DNA from: an uncultured Oscillospiraceae bacterium
GTDB taxonomy: Bacteria; Bacillota; Clostridia; Oscillospirales; JAAYOS01
DNA length: 64,000 nt
Direction: 5' to 3'
Assembly (NCBI GenBank): GCA_964493515.1
Contig: CAZBNJ010000001.1
Coordinates: forward strand, 10,866 to 74,865
Made by a program: the position numbers and the translations under genes. Numbering within the stretch: the stretch's first letter is position 1; every line of letters starts with the position of its first letter. Of this stretch, positions 15,001-27,600 are shown one piece after another. A model generated the notes under the pieces. The model was not told the origin of the DNA. It made no database searches and saw only the letters and a program-made list of their open reading frames with translations.

Positions 15001-18000
15001 ACACGCCCGAGCGCGACTCGGCAAACGAAGCCCTGTTGTCGCTCATCACCGACTCGTCTCCGCGGTGATAGATGCGCAGCGTGTACCACTGCTGACGCTC
15101 GAGCGACGAGCTCAGCACATAGAAGTTTATCGTAAGCGAGCTGCTCGTCCGCGCGAAGCTCGTGCGGTCGATGAACAGATAGCCCTCGCCCTCGCCGCTC
15201 GCGCTGTCGGTCAGCGCATGGCCGTTGGTCGCGTTGACCGGGATTATCGTGCTGTAACGGTTTGCAGCCTCGATGCGCGCGGTCAGGTTCTCAAGGCTCG
15301 TCGGGACAGCCACCTCGTACACCGTCGGGTTGTCCGGACGCTGATACGCCACATACTGCGTGTCGGTATCCGGCTTGCCGCCGACGAGCGGGTAGACGAT
15401 TATGCCGCCGAGATCGGTGCTGTGAGTCGTGCGCGAGATGTTGATGTTGTAGGTCTTCTGCGCGTTCGGCGTGGCGACGAAGCCGTTCTCCTCGTGGAAG
15501 AACTTGGTGTCGCGCACAACGAACTTCACGTCGACGCTCGAGCCTTCCTCGACGGTGTCGGGTATCTCGTACTCATAGCTGCCGCTCACGAACGGGTCGA
15601 AGCCCGCGTCGCCCGCGACCGACACGACCTTGACGACCTGCTCGCCGGTGTAGCTCGGCGCTGCGTCGACCGTCTTGAAGCTTATCGGGAACTGGGTCTT
15701 TGCGATGTTGAAGCTGTACTCATCCTGGTCCTTCTGGATGACGCGTCCGCCGACCTCGACCTCGTACACGCCGAGGTGCGCCGAGCCGCGACCGACGTTC
15801 AGGTAGTAGACAGCCGTGGTGGTGCCGTCCTGCGCCGTGACCGACACGCGTATCGCGGTCGCGTTTGCGGGCAGGTTCACGCGCACGCCGCCGAAGTCCA
15901 CCGTGCTCGAGGCATCGCGCATGGCGACCGCGCCGACCGACTCGATGTAGCGAGCGGTCGAGCCGTGCGAATCGACATAGCTGATGTACCTGATCGACAG
16001 CGGCGACCATGCGGCGTTCTCATAGCTGTCCGCGGTGAACGCCGAGGTGTTCGCGGTGATGTAGTCGACGTGGTTTATCGTGGTGTAGTCGTTGAACGGC
16101 ACGATGTCGAAGGTCGAGGTGCCGGTCTTGATGTCCGGAGCGACGGTGTAGTACGGATGCGCCGCGCTGCCGATGTTCTCGTCCTCTGCCTTCAGCGCCT
16201 TCGCGTCGACCATCTGCGCCTTCGAGCGGGTCAGGTACTCCTCGGTAAGTCCGCGCGCCGAGTCGGTACCGATGTCGGTCTCGCTCGACTTCGGCACTAT
16301 GCGGATGATGTAGGTCGCCTTGGAGATGCCGTCCGCTGCGGTCACGATCGCCTCGTAGCGTCCGAGCGCCAGGCCCGAGAAGGTCGAGCCGGTCAGCGGC
16401 GCGTTTATCTCGCCGGAAACTCCGGTGACCGGGTTGTTATAGTAGTCGTTGAGCATACGCCAGGTCAGGCTCGCGCCGTCGGCGATCTGCATGTACGGAT
16501 CAGCGGTGGTAGCGCCCGACGGGACGTACAGCGCCAGCGTGCGTCCGTTCTCACCCTCGACCTGCGCGTTCTTGTACGGGTCGTTTGCGGCGACGCGGCT
16601 GTCGTTGTTGACAACGCGCAGGCTCGTGTCGTTGGACAGGCGCTGCAGCACAAGCTGATAGCCCCAGCTGGACAGGTTGGTGTTGTAGAAGATGTTGCCC
16701 GCCTGAGCCTTCGACTGGACGAACAGTTCAAGCTCCTTGTAGTCGTCGCCGAGCGGCAGGTTGGTGAGCGTGACGTTGAAGTTGTTCTTCGTCTCGCGCG
16801 CCGCGACAGCCGCCCAGAACGCGTTCCACTCGGCGGTCTGAGCCGCGTCAAGTCCGCTCGGAGCGGTCGAGGGCAGCGCCGCTATCGACGCGTAGCTCTC
16901 GTCCGAACGTCCGACACGGTTGGCGGTATCCAGCTCGAGTATGTCGAGACCAATCTGCGAGTACGGATTCTCCGAGCCGGTGGAGGCGGAGATTATCGCT
17001 GTCGTCGTGTCGATGCCTATCGGCGCGGTAAAGACGGTGCCCTCCGCGTTCGGCGTGGCCTCGACATACTTGGTCTCGCCGTCCTGCTCGTACTGCACCC
17101 AGATGCGGATGCTCGTATCGCTGCTCATCTCCTCGACCTCGAACAGGTAGTCCTTGTACAGGTCGCTCATGCCCGCCTCGCTCGAACGCACGCGGAAGAC
17201 GAAGGTGCTCTTCTTGACGCTCGCGCTGTCGAGGTTGATGACGAACGGCGTCGTCGAGTTGTACACCGCCTGCGTCGCGGTCTTGGAAGCCGCAGCGCCC
17301 GGGTACACGGTCGCGCGGTCGCTCATCAGTATCTCGAGCACCACTCCGCTCGTCGCGCGGGTGCGCACGGTCAGGTACGCGTTGTGCGCGTCGGAGTAGT
17401 CGAACACATGGAATCCGTCATCGGTCACCTCGACCTGCGGATCGCTCTGCTCCCAGCTGGAGAACGCCATGCCGGTTATCTCTCTTGTGCGGGTGTAGAC
17501 GCCGCTTATGTCGAAGTTCATCTCCGCCGGGGTCACCCAGACGGTGTAGGTCGTGGTGTGCTTGGTGTACTCGGCCTCAACGGCGTTACGCTCGGCGGCT
17601 ATGAGCAGCGCGTCGTAGCTGGCTGCGGTGCGTATCGCGTTCGCGACAGCCGCGTCCTCGGTGCTCGCCGACGCGACATACGCCGCAAACGCCGTGTCGT
17701 TCATGCCCGCTATCTCGCCGCGGACACGGTCGTAACGGTTGCGTACCTCGGTCGCGACAGCCTCACCGCGCAGCTTGCCGAACGCGCTCAGTCCGGTCAG
17801 GGTGAACGCGTAGGTCTCCGGCTCATAGTTGCTGCCGTTGCTGTTCTTCAGGCGCATACCGCTCTCGTCGGTGAAGTTTATCGCGCCGAAGCTCACGTTG
17901 CCGTCGGTGGTCGGAGTGTAATCGCTCTCGCCCGGCGTGCGCAGCGACGCGGTCTTGGACGCGAGCGTCGCCTCCATGTACGCGCTGAGCGGTATCGACA

Positions 18001-21000
18001 CGTCGGTCTGACGCGGGATGTAGGTCTGCCACTTGGTGCCGTTGTCCTTCAGCACCGCAGTGTGCGCGTAGTTCTCCGACGGATTTGCAACGAGCTTTGT
18101 CATCGTGGAGTCTATCGACACCGGCTCGAGCTTCAGCTCATAGTCGATGCGCACCAGCTCGTCGTTCGCGCCCTTGACGTACAGGTAGACCGCAAGCGGC
18201 TTGTCGGTCGCAGGCATCGTGCTGTACGCCTTGGTCCACGCGCCGGTGGTCTTGTTCTGCGTGTAGCCGAGCGCGGCGAGCCTCGTCGCGGTCGGAGCCG
18301 CGATGAGCGTCGCGTCGGTCTCGCCGATGAGGATGTACTCGACCGACGGCGCGGTCGGCGTGACGGTCAGCTCGAGCTTCTCGCCGTTCGCCTCGGGCAG
18401 CTTGATGTTGTACGCGCCCTTGAGCGTGCTCGCGCTCGGATTGACCTTCGTCGCGTAGTCGGTGATGTGATCGGTGTTCACGCCGCCGTTGTACTTCCAG
18501 TCGTACTCGCCCTTTATCGACTCTATCTCGATGGAGGTCGCGTCGTAGCGCATGAACACCAGGGCGTAGGCTATCGAGCCGTTCTCCGCCATGATGTAGA
18601 CCGGAACGTAGATGCCGTCCTCCAGCGCCGCGACGAGCTTGCGGCTGTCCTCGGTCTCGCCGCTGAGGTCGAACACCGGCGTCTGATACGCGGTGCGGGT
18701 TGCGGCTGCCCAGGTCTCGGCGGTCGGATAGCGCGAGCTGTCCATGACCGAGCTTGTGACCGCGCTGTCAAGCGACGTGTAGGCAAACCAGCTTCCGAGC
18801 ACGACCTTCGCGTAGTCGTTTACCGTGTCGACGCGCAGCGCGCGCTGAGTCTCGTTGCGCGAGACTATCGAGCGGTAGACGTCGAGCTTTGCGACCTGCT
18901 TCTCCTCCTTGACAAGCGGAGTCGCGGTGTCGGCGACGTTCGGCGTGCGTACCTTTATCGAGGTATCGCCCGACTGCGCGACGACATTCAGCTTGAAGTA
19001 GCCGACCTCGCCCGCCTCGTCAACAACGCGGATGTAGACCCAGCCGTAATCAAGCAGCGTCTCGCCTATGCGGATATTGTTGTCTTCGTCGTAGACATTG
19101 TTGCCCAACTCATCGGTCACCGGCAGCGTCGAGTCGGCGACGTTCAGGTTGGTGCTCAGCTGCCAGACGATGTTCTTGCTGCGCAGCTGTACCGCGTCGC
19201 CGGTTCCGCGCGTGTAGTACTGCGAATCGGTCGGCACCTTCATAGTGGCGGTGCTCGTCATCAGCTCCGCCTCCGCGTAGATGTCTATCGTCGGATTGCG
19301 CACCAGGTCGGGCGAGACCGCGACATAGTAGTGGCTGAACTTGCCGTTCGCGTCGTAGATCTCGTAGACGGTGTACTCGTTTACCGTGTCGTCGATTATC
19401 GCGCCGTCGGTGTCGCGGGTCGGGTTGTACTTCGACCAGACGCGCAGCGCCGCCAGCTTGGTGCCCGCCTTCGCATACTCAATGGTCAGGTCGTAGCGGA
19501 TGGCTGCGGTCGAAACGAGGTTGTTGCCCTCGTCGTCCTTGCCGTAGACAAGATCTATCTTCGACTCGACGACGACCTCGGTCGAGTTCACCGTCTCGCT
19601 CTTCGGCGTGAGCGGTATCGTCAGGTCGACGTAGGTCTGACCGTTCGCGGTGACAGCCTTGGTGTAGTTCGCCACGTTACCGTCCGCGCCGACGATGCCG
19701 ACCAGAGCCTCGGCGGTCTTGGTGTACAGACGCACGACCGCGCGCGGGGTCTCACCGGTCCTGAAGCTGTACAGCATACGGATGGTGTAGTGGCCCTCGA
19801 ACGGGTTGGTGTCGTCGTACTGCTCATAGGTGTACCAGACCGAGTCGTACTGCGGCCTGCCGTTTGCGTCGAGCACCGGGCTGCCGCTGTCGTCGGTCCT
19901 GAGCACCTCTATCTCGCGCTGGAGCGTGTTGGTGTTGGTGTCGCGGTCGTTGAGCGCCGCCTCGGTTATCTCGGGCGTTATCTTCTCGATGCGCACCTCG
20001 GGCACTCCCCAAGCGTAGAACATATTCTTGGTGGATATCGTGCCGTCCGCGTCCTTGCTCTCGTACTTCACCGGCGTGTGGTAGTTCTCCGGCGCGATGA
20101 GCACGAAGAAGCTGGTGTTCTGGCTCTCAGTGTCGAGCTTCAGCGACGAGTTGTTGTAGTTCGCGCCGGTCAGGCTCACCGTGCCGTCCGCGTCGATGGT
20201 GTAGTACAGCTCTGTTCCGAATCCGTAGAGCGGATCGGCGGTCGTTCCGAGCCAGCTTATGTCCTCGTTGTCCCCACGCAGAGCGGTCACCTTAGCGATG
20301 TACTCCGCCTCCGCCGCGCGGGCGTCGGCGAGCGTCGCGTAGACGCCGACTATCTTGGCGTTCGGGTCGAGCGTCGAGACAAACAGCTGCTTTGCCTCGG
20401 TGGTGTTCATGTTGTTTATGCGCACCGAGTAGTAGCCGCCCACGTTCACCGTGTTGTTGTACTCAGCCGGCAGCTTGTAGTCGTATTCGGTCGGGTCGGT
20501 GCCCGGGACCTCAAAGGTGCCGTCCACGCCGACTATCGGCTTCTGCTCGTCGTCGAAGTACACGTCCACGCCGTCGATGCGCGCGTCCGCGTCCTCACGG
20601 TAGATACGGACATACTCGTTATACACCCTCGTCGTGGTCGTGCCGGACGAGTCGGTGACCGTCGAGCTGACCTGGAACGGGATGTCGACATAGCTGTATG
20701 TCGCGGTGTGACGGAAGTAGTAGACCGAGCTGTCGTTGGTCGGCGGGTCGCCCGCGCCGGTCCAGTTGCGCAGCGTGAACTGTGCGGTCTGCTGACCCTG
20801 CTCGGCGACGTGTCCGCCGATGCTGACCATGCTCTTGCCGTCCGGCGCGATGACCGTGACGGTCACGTCCTCGGCGTCCGCCGCAACGGTGCCGATGTAG
20901 CGGTAGCGGGTGGAGGTCGAGTTGGTCGTCTCGTCGTTGACGTAGGTCTTGTCGAGCGGATTCTCGTAGTCCGCGTTCAGGTAGACGAAGTAGTCGAGGT

Positions 21001-21600
21001 CTATCGGCAGCACCTTGACGCTGTACTCCTTCTCGACATAGGTCGTGAAGCTCTCGTCGGTATACACGCGCACCCAGACGCTGAAGCTGTCCTCTCCCGC
21101 GCCCGCGTAGATGTTGTAATTGGTGCGGGTCGCCGAGCCAAGGAACTCGTTTGCCGAAGCGGCGTTGTTCATCGTACCTCTGTAACGGACATATCCAAGC
21201 TCGCCGAGCGTCGCCGCAGCGGTTATCTCCGCTATTCTGCCCGCCATGTCGTACATCTCCTTGTTTACGACAAGCAGCAGCTGCGAGTTGTCGCTTCCCG
21301 GCAGACGCGCCGCGCGGAACTCGGTGTAGGTCGGGTTGCCGTTCGAGTCGAGCACCGCGGTCTTGTTGCCGTCCTCGTCCAGCTCGTAGTTCTGGATCTT
21401 CGCGGTCAGGCTGAGCAGTCCGGTCGCGTAGTCCTTGGTGAACAGGTCGAGCGTGTAGCTGCTCGCGGTCACGCGCGTCTCGCCGTCGCCGACTATCGTG
21501 CGGTCGTTTATCGCGAGCGGGATGTCGCGGATGAAGTTCGCGCCAGCGGCGAGGGTGCGCGGCTGCTCGTCGAAGTAGGTGCGGTGGACAGCCGAGTTCG
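1..21600 (-). repeat. Long tandem array (several dozen units) of ~100-130-aa cadherin-like / Ig-like beta-sandwich modules, running off the window
   Basis: Module openings recur, of the type s-n-D-t-s-L-x-x-L-x-V: SNDTSLRVVN, NNDVTLKDLYF, NDDSLRRILVEG, SANTALTEVII, AAHIASVSVGG, AAALHTLGEVAVGG, SQTELKSLDIAG, DNDTTLVDNHV. Each is followed by ...Y-x-V-x-V... and closes with x-Y-x-(L/I/V)-x-(V/I)-x-R, for example TEYVVVVQ, YTLEVAKQ, YTLYIVRA. Short helical inserts sit at ~17.6, 14.7, 8.3 and 7.1 kb. Confidence 0.7.
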
Positions 21601-24600
21601 TCTCGATGACGCCCTCCTCCGCGTCCTCAACTATCGTCTCAAGCTCGGCGACATACGCGGTTATCATCGTCTCCGCGTCGTTGACGTTTGCGGTCCTTGC
21701 CGCGATGTAGACGTTCGCCGCCGAGGTAACGCTGCCGGTCGCGCCGACGAGCTTCTCAAGCTCGGTGTACGCAGTGCGGTCGATGAGCGCGCCGATCACC
21801 GCTGCATCCAGCGCGTCAACGGCGTTCTTGACCTCGCCAAGCGCGGTGGCGACGGCGGTCATGTTCTCTGCGGTAAGCGTCTCGTTCGGCTTGCCCGAAG
21901 CGTAGAGGTTGTCGGTAACGACGTCCTTCAGCGTCTTTGCCGCTGCGGCAAGCGCGTTTGCCGCGTCCTTGTGCGTCTTGCCGTAGCTCACGGCGAGCGC
22001 ATCCACCGCGGCGATGGCGTCTGCCACGTTCGCCGAGGTCAGCGTCTCGGAATAGTCGGCGTAGCGCTCGGACGCGATGTGCTTGAGCGCGTCCTCCTTG
22101 GCAGCGCCGAGCTTTCCGCTCGCGGTGACTATTGCGGATGCGATGTTGTTCTGCGTTATGTCGACGCCAATAAGCACGCCATACTTCGCAAACGTGCCGC
22201 GCACTCCGTCGGCGTACGCTATACGCATATCATAGTAGTTCTGAACGTCGGTCACGAGCGCGTTCCAGGTCGTGTTGGCGCTGCTCTCCAGCTTCGTGAC
22301 AAGCGCCTCGGTGCTCAATACCAGCTCCTTGCGCGCGGCGTCGTAGGCCTCTGCCGTCAGACCCTTCGGCTCGTAGCTCGCGAAGTTGCTGAACTTGACC
22401 CACTCGTCATGCGCGACGCTGTCCGTAGCGTCGATCATGGCGGCGTGCGCCTTGCCCGCGAGCTTATCCCATGCGTTCGTAATAGCGCGGTTGGTGTACT
22501 CGTTCAGGTACATATCCTGCGCCGTGTTAAGCTCGGCGACCATGTCCTTCGCGTAGTTCAGCGCGTCCAGCTTCGCCTGCGCCGCCTTCAGGTCGCGGCG
22601 AGCGTCGCTGAGCGTATCGCCCACGCGCTTTGCGGCGGTGATGTGGTCGGAGTTGACCGCAACGCCGTCCACCGTGACGGTGGCGCTCTGTGCCGCCGCC
22701 GCAGCGTAGATGTAGTACTGGGTCGCCGATGCCTCGTTGGTCGGCGGGATGATGCGGTAGTAGCGCGTGGCGGCCGCCCTTGTCGACGCCTCGCGCGTGC
22801 CGGCGACGTCCGCCGACAGCAGGCTTGCGGACAGGCTCTCGCCGAGCAGGACGGTCTCCTGCTCCTCGCTGCTCTCATCTGTGCCGATTATCATTGCCGC
22901 GACCTCGTCCGCGCCGAACATCGCCACGAGCGACGCGACCGTCTCCGCCGACGTCTCAAGCGCGCTGAACGTCACGACCTCGCTCTCGACAGACAGCGTG
23001 CTCGCGCTCGTCGTCTCGGTCTCGGTCGAAGTCCTGCGGTCGAGCGTGGTGTCAGCGGTGCCCGACGGCGTGTGCGTCCTGTCGGTCGGATAGCGCGCAG
23101 CCTCCCAAGCCACGGTCTCGCCGTCGATGACGGTGTTCTGCGGCATGGCGTGCGCGGTGTCTCGGTCAATGCCGACGTATATCGACTCTATGTCGGTGTT
23201 GTCCGGGCGCGCCACGATGACGAGCTTCTCCCAGGCGTCCGAGCCTTCCTCGTCGACGTAGCGGATGTAGACCTCTTCAAACGCGCTTACCGGCACGTTC
23301 TCGAAGCGGTAGTAGGTGAGCGTATCGTTGTTCTCGTTTATCTTGTCCGGAGCTATGACCAGCTGCTCGGTGCCGCCGTCGGCGTTGCCGTCAGCGTCAT
23401 AGGTCGCGATCTCGAGCGTGCCGACATACGCGCCGAAGCGTGCGTTCTCATCGGCGTAAGCGTCCGCGTAGTCATCCGCCTTCGAGCGCGCGATGTTCCT
23501 TGTCAGGTCGCTCTCGGCGGTGTCTATCGAATCGGCGCGGACGAGCGAGTATCCGGTAATTTCGCCGTCTGCGTTGCGCGTCGGCATCCACAGCTCGACG
23601 GTGTCGGTGTTGTAGTAGAGCACCACACGCAGCGTCGTGCTTTCGGTGCCGTTCGGCAGATACACGATGTGCGCGTTGCCGAGCGACTTCGAGAGATCCT
23701 TGACACGATCCGCCTCGTCCTTTGCGTCGTTTGCGGTCTTGACCTCGCTCGACAGCAGCGACGGGATGTTGTTCAGCGTCATGACAGCCTGCGCCGCCGT
23801 GTCGCCCGTGTTGGTCACATACTGATACTCCTCCGGCTGCATGTAGCCGCCCGCGACCAGATCAACGCTGCCGTTGCCGCCTATGCGGCTGTCGTCGGTG
23901 GTCTTGCCGTCGGCGAATATCTTCTGGCTGCGCAGCGCGCCGCGGTCAACGACCTCGACCCATGCGCTTACCGAAGTGCCGGTGCCCGGATCGGTCGCGA
24001 ATATCTGCGCAAGGCCGGTCGCGAGACCCGCGTTGAGCACCTTCGCGTCCGCGCGGTCCTCGAACGGATCGAGCGATATCTGGGTCTTGCTGAACTTCGG
24101 ACTGTCGCTGTCGCCCTGGACGGTGGTCCAGGTGTACTCGGGTATCGGCGCGTTCTGCTCGTTTGCAACGTAGAACTTGCCGATCTTAGCCTCGACGTTC
24201 TGCTTGGTGCCGGTCGGCAGCTTGATGTCCGACGGACGCATCCACTGCTCGTCGCCGAGCACCTGACGCGGTATCGTCGTGTTGTTCACGCCCTGCTGCG
24301 CGGTTCCGGTAACGGCAAGTGTGCCGTTGCCCAGCTGACCGTCGTTGTTGAAGCCGTAGGCGTAGAGCAGACCGAAGAAGTCGTTGTCCGGCAGCTCCTT
24401 CAGCTCCTCAGTCTCCTTGCCGTCCTCGTCCTTGACCTTCGGCCAGTCGGCGGTCGGCGCGGTGTAGGTCTCCTGCTCGGTCGGCAGGACAGCCGCGATG
24501 GTGCTGTACGCGCCGCCGGTCGCGACGGTCTGCGCCACGAGCGGTTCGTCGGTGACATGCCATCTATACTCGGTGGAGCCCTCAGCCAGCGGCCTCAGCT

Positions 24601-27600
24601 CGTAGGCGAACAGCTGCGTCGGCGTCGGGACGGCCTGCTTGAGGTTCTCGTCGGTCGGGACGATGCCGATGCCCAGACGTCCGTCGTGTCCGTCACCCCA
24701 CGTCCACACATAGTCGTTGGAGTCGAGCACGACCGAGTGCAGGTTGGTGGAGGACATGAGCACCGCGTACTTCTGCTCGGCAAGCTCATCGCCCTGAGCG
24801 CGGCGCACGTTGTGTATCGTGCGGTCGCCGTCGGTCTCGGTCTCGAGCACGCCGCCAAAGCCCACAACATACTGCGGGCTCTTGAGCGTGAGCGATCCGC
24901 TTTCGCCAGCCTCGAGCGGCGCGGTGACAAATCCGCGGCCGAGCTCGCCCTGCTGGTTGTCGCCCCAAGCGATGAGCGTGCCGTCGTTGAGCATCGCGAG
25001 AGTGAACTCGTCGGTGTTCTGGACCTTGATTATCTGCTGCTGCTCGCTGAGGTCGATATACGCCATATTCAGCTTGACGATGCCAGGAGCGGTGTGCAGC
25101 TGCTGGCCGGAATAGGTGCTGAGCTCGCCCTTCATGTTGTAGCCCCAGCCCCACAGCGTGCCGTCATAGCGGGTGACGTAGACGGTGTTCGCGCGGGCAC
25201 CCTCGGATATGTCAATGACCTTGCTCATACCGCTGACGCTGATAGGCGCGGACGAGTATGCGGAGTCGCGCGACTCGGTACGGCCGAGTCCGAGCTGGCC
25301 GTAGCGGTTGTCGCCCCAGACATACACGCGTCCCGACTCGCTGAGCGCGACGGTGTGCTGGATGCCTGCCGCTATCTTGGTTATCTTCGGATAGGCGCGT
25401 GCGTCGCTCTTGTCCTCCGCCGGATCGCTGAAGCGCACCAGAGTCGGCTTGTCGACATAGGTGTGCGACAGCATCTCGGTCTCGCTGAGGTTGAAGGTGT
25501 AGCGCAGACCGAGCTGGCCAAGGAAGCTGCCTCTGGTCTGTCCGCTCGCGACCGCCGCGTTCGGGACGATGTTCGAGCCCCATGTGTAGACGCGTCCCTC
25601 GCTGGTCAGCGCCGCCGAGTGGTCATAGCCCGCGGCGAGCTGGACGATGTACTCGCCCTCGCTGAGTCCCTCGAACACGACCTGTACGGGCACGGTGGCG
25701 TTTTCGGTCTCGATGCTTATGCCAAGCTGTCCGCTCGGGTTCGAGCCCCACGCCCAGACGGTGCCGTCGTCGCGCAGCGCGAGAGTGTGTGCGTAGCCGC
25801 TCACTATCATCGGCGCGACTATCGAGGTGTAGTTGCCGTTTGCGTCCTTCGTTCCCGGAACGGTGTTGACATAGTAGACTATCTTCTGATAGTTGTACTG
25901 TCCAGGCTCGCCGACGGTCAGCGTGAGATGAGTGAATCCGTACTGGACGCCGTACACGGAGAACGTGCCGCTGTCCTCGTACAGTCCGATATAGTCGGGC
26001 TGCGGCGGCATATTGTCCAGCGTCTCCTGAACGTGCGCCAGACCGTCGTTCTTCGACTCGAGCTTGGTCGGCAGGTCGTTCCAGAACTTCTCGTGCAGGT
26101 TGAAGCGCTTGGAGATGATGTACTCCGCCTCCACCTTCTCACCGACGTGCACCACGATGGTGTGGTAGGACGCGGGCTGACCCTTTTCGCCGACGATTAT
26201 CGGGGTGTCGGCGTTGGTGTCGTTGCGCAGGACGGACAGTCCGCGCGCACGCGTGTAGTCGCCCATGCCGTAGACGAAGCCGTTCTCGTCCGAGTAGGAG
26301 GTGTAGTAGCCGCCCGCCGAGATGGTGTGCACCTCGATGTCGGCATCCACCAGGTAGGTGTAGTTTATCGTCGGATCGGCGACCATGCTCGCGGTGTCCG
26401 AAGTGCCCAGTCCGAGCTGACCGCTAGTGTTCGAGCCGAACGCGTAGACCTGACCGCGCGCGTCGAGAGCAAGCGAGTGGTCGTAGCCAGCCGAGATGTC
26501 GAGCGCGCTTGCAACGCGGTCGACAGCGGTGACCGGCATGTAGTTGGTCTCCGGATCCTGGATGATGTAGCCGAGACGTCCGTCGCCCGATCCGCCCGGG
26601 CCCATGTAGCCCCAGCTGTAGACCGTGCCGTTCGCGGCAAGCGCCAGCGAGTGATCCGCGCCCGCGCTCACGCGCACCACCGCGTCGGCGGTGTTCATAA
26701 GCTCACTTATGTACACCGGCGTGGAGGTGAAGCTGTTGTATGCCACGACGTCCTCGCTGACGCCGAGCTGACGATAGGTGTTCGCGCCGGACGCGTAGAC
26801 CTTGCCGTCGTAGGCGAGCAGCAGGCTGAAGTCTTCGCCAGCCGACACCTGCTGGATGTTGGAGAGCGCTATCATCTCGGGCGAGTAGGTCGTGTCGGTG
26901 TCGTGCAGGCCGAGCTGACCCACATCGTTGCGGCCCCATGCCCACGCGCGTCCGTCGCCGCTCAGCGCAAGGCTGTAACCCTTGCCCGCCGAGACCTGCG
27001 TGAAGCGCTCGTGGTTGCTGTACAGCGACTGATACTGCGTTATGTCGACGACCTTGACGAACACGTCGATGAAGTTCTGACCGATGTTGCGTCCGAGCGC
27101 CCTGTTTATCGCCTGGACCGCCTGGTCGGATATGCCGAGCTGTCCGTACTCGTTCGAGCCGGCAGCCCAGATGTTGCCGTCCGCGTCGATCGCCAGCGAG
27201 TGATCGTAGCCCGCTGCGATGTCGACGAACTTGACCGTCGAGTGGTTCGGACGCTCCGGATCGTACGCGTTTCCAAGCACGGACTTGCCGTACATCGCGG
27301 TCAGGGTCGCCTCATAGGTGGCGCTCGTGCCCTGGCTCCTCAGCGTGTAGGTGTAGGTCTGGATCTCGACCGGATCGTCACTGCCGAGCGCCGAGCCGTT
27401 GGTGTAGACGTTGCCGCCTATGTTCGTGCCGATACCGAGCTGGCCCTTGTCGCTCAGACCGTAAGCCCAGATGCTGCCATCCGAGCGCAGCGACAGCACA
27501 TGACCGTAGCCCGCCTCAACCTTTGCCTGAGTGAGCTCGGCGTAGCTGTCCCAATACTCCTTGGTCTTGCCGCTCGACGCCGCAGTCTTGTATGCGGCCG

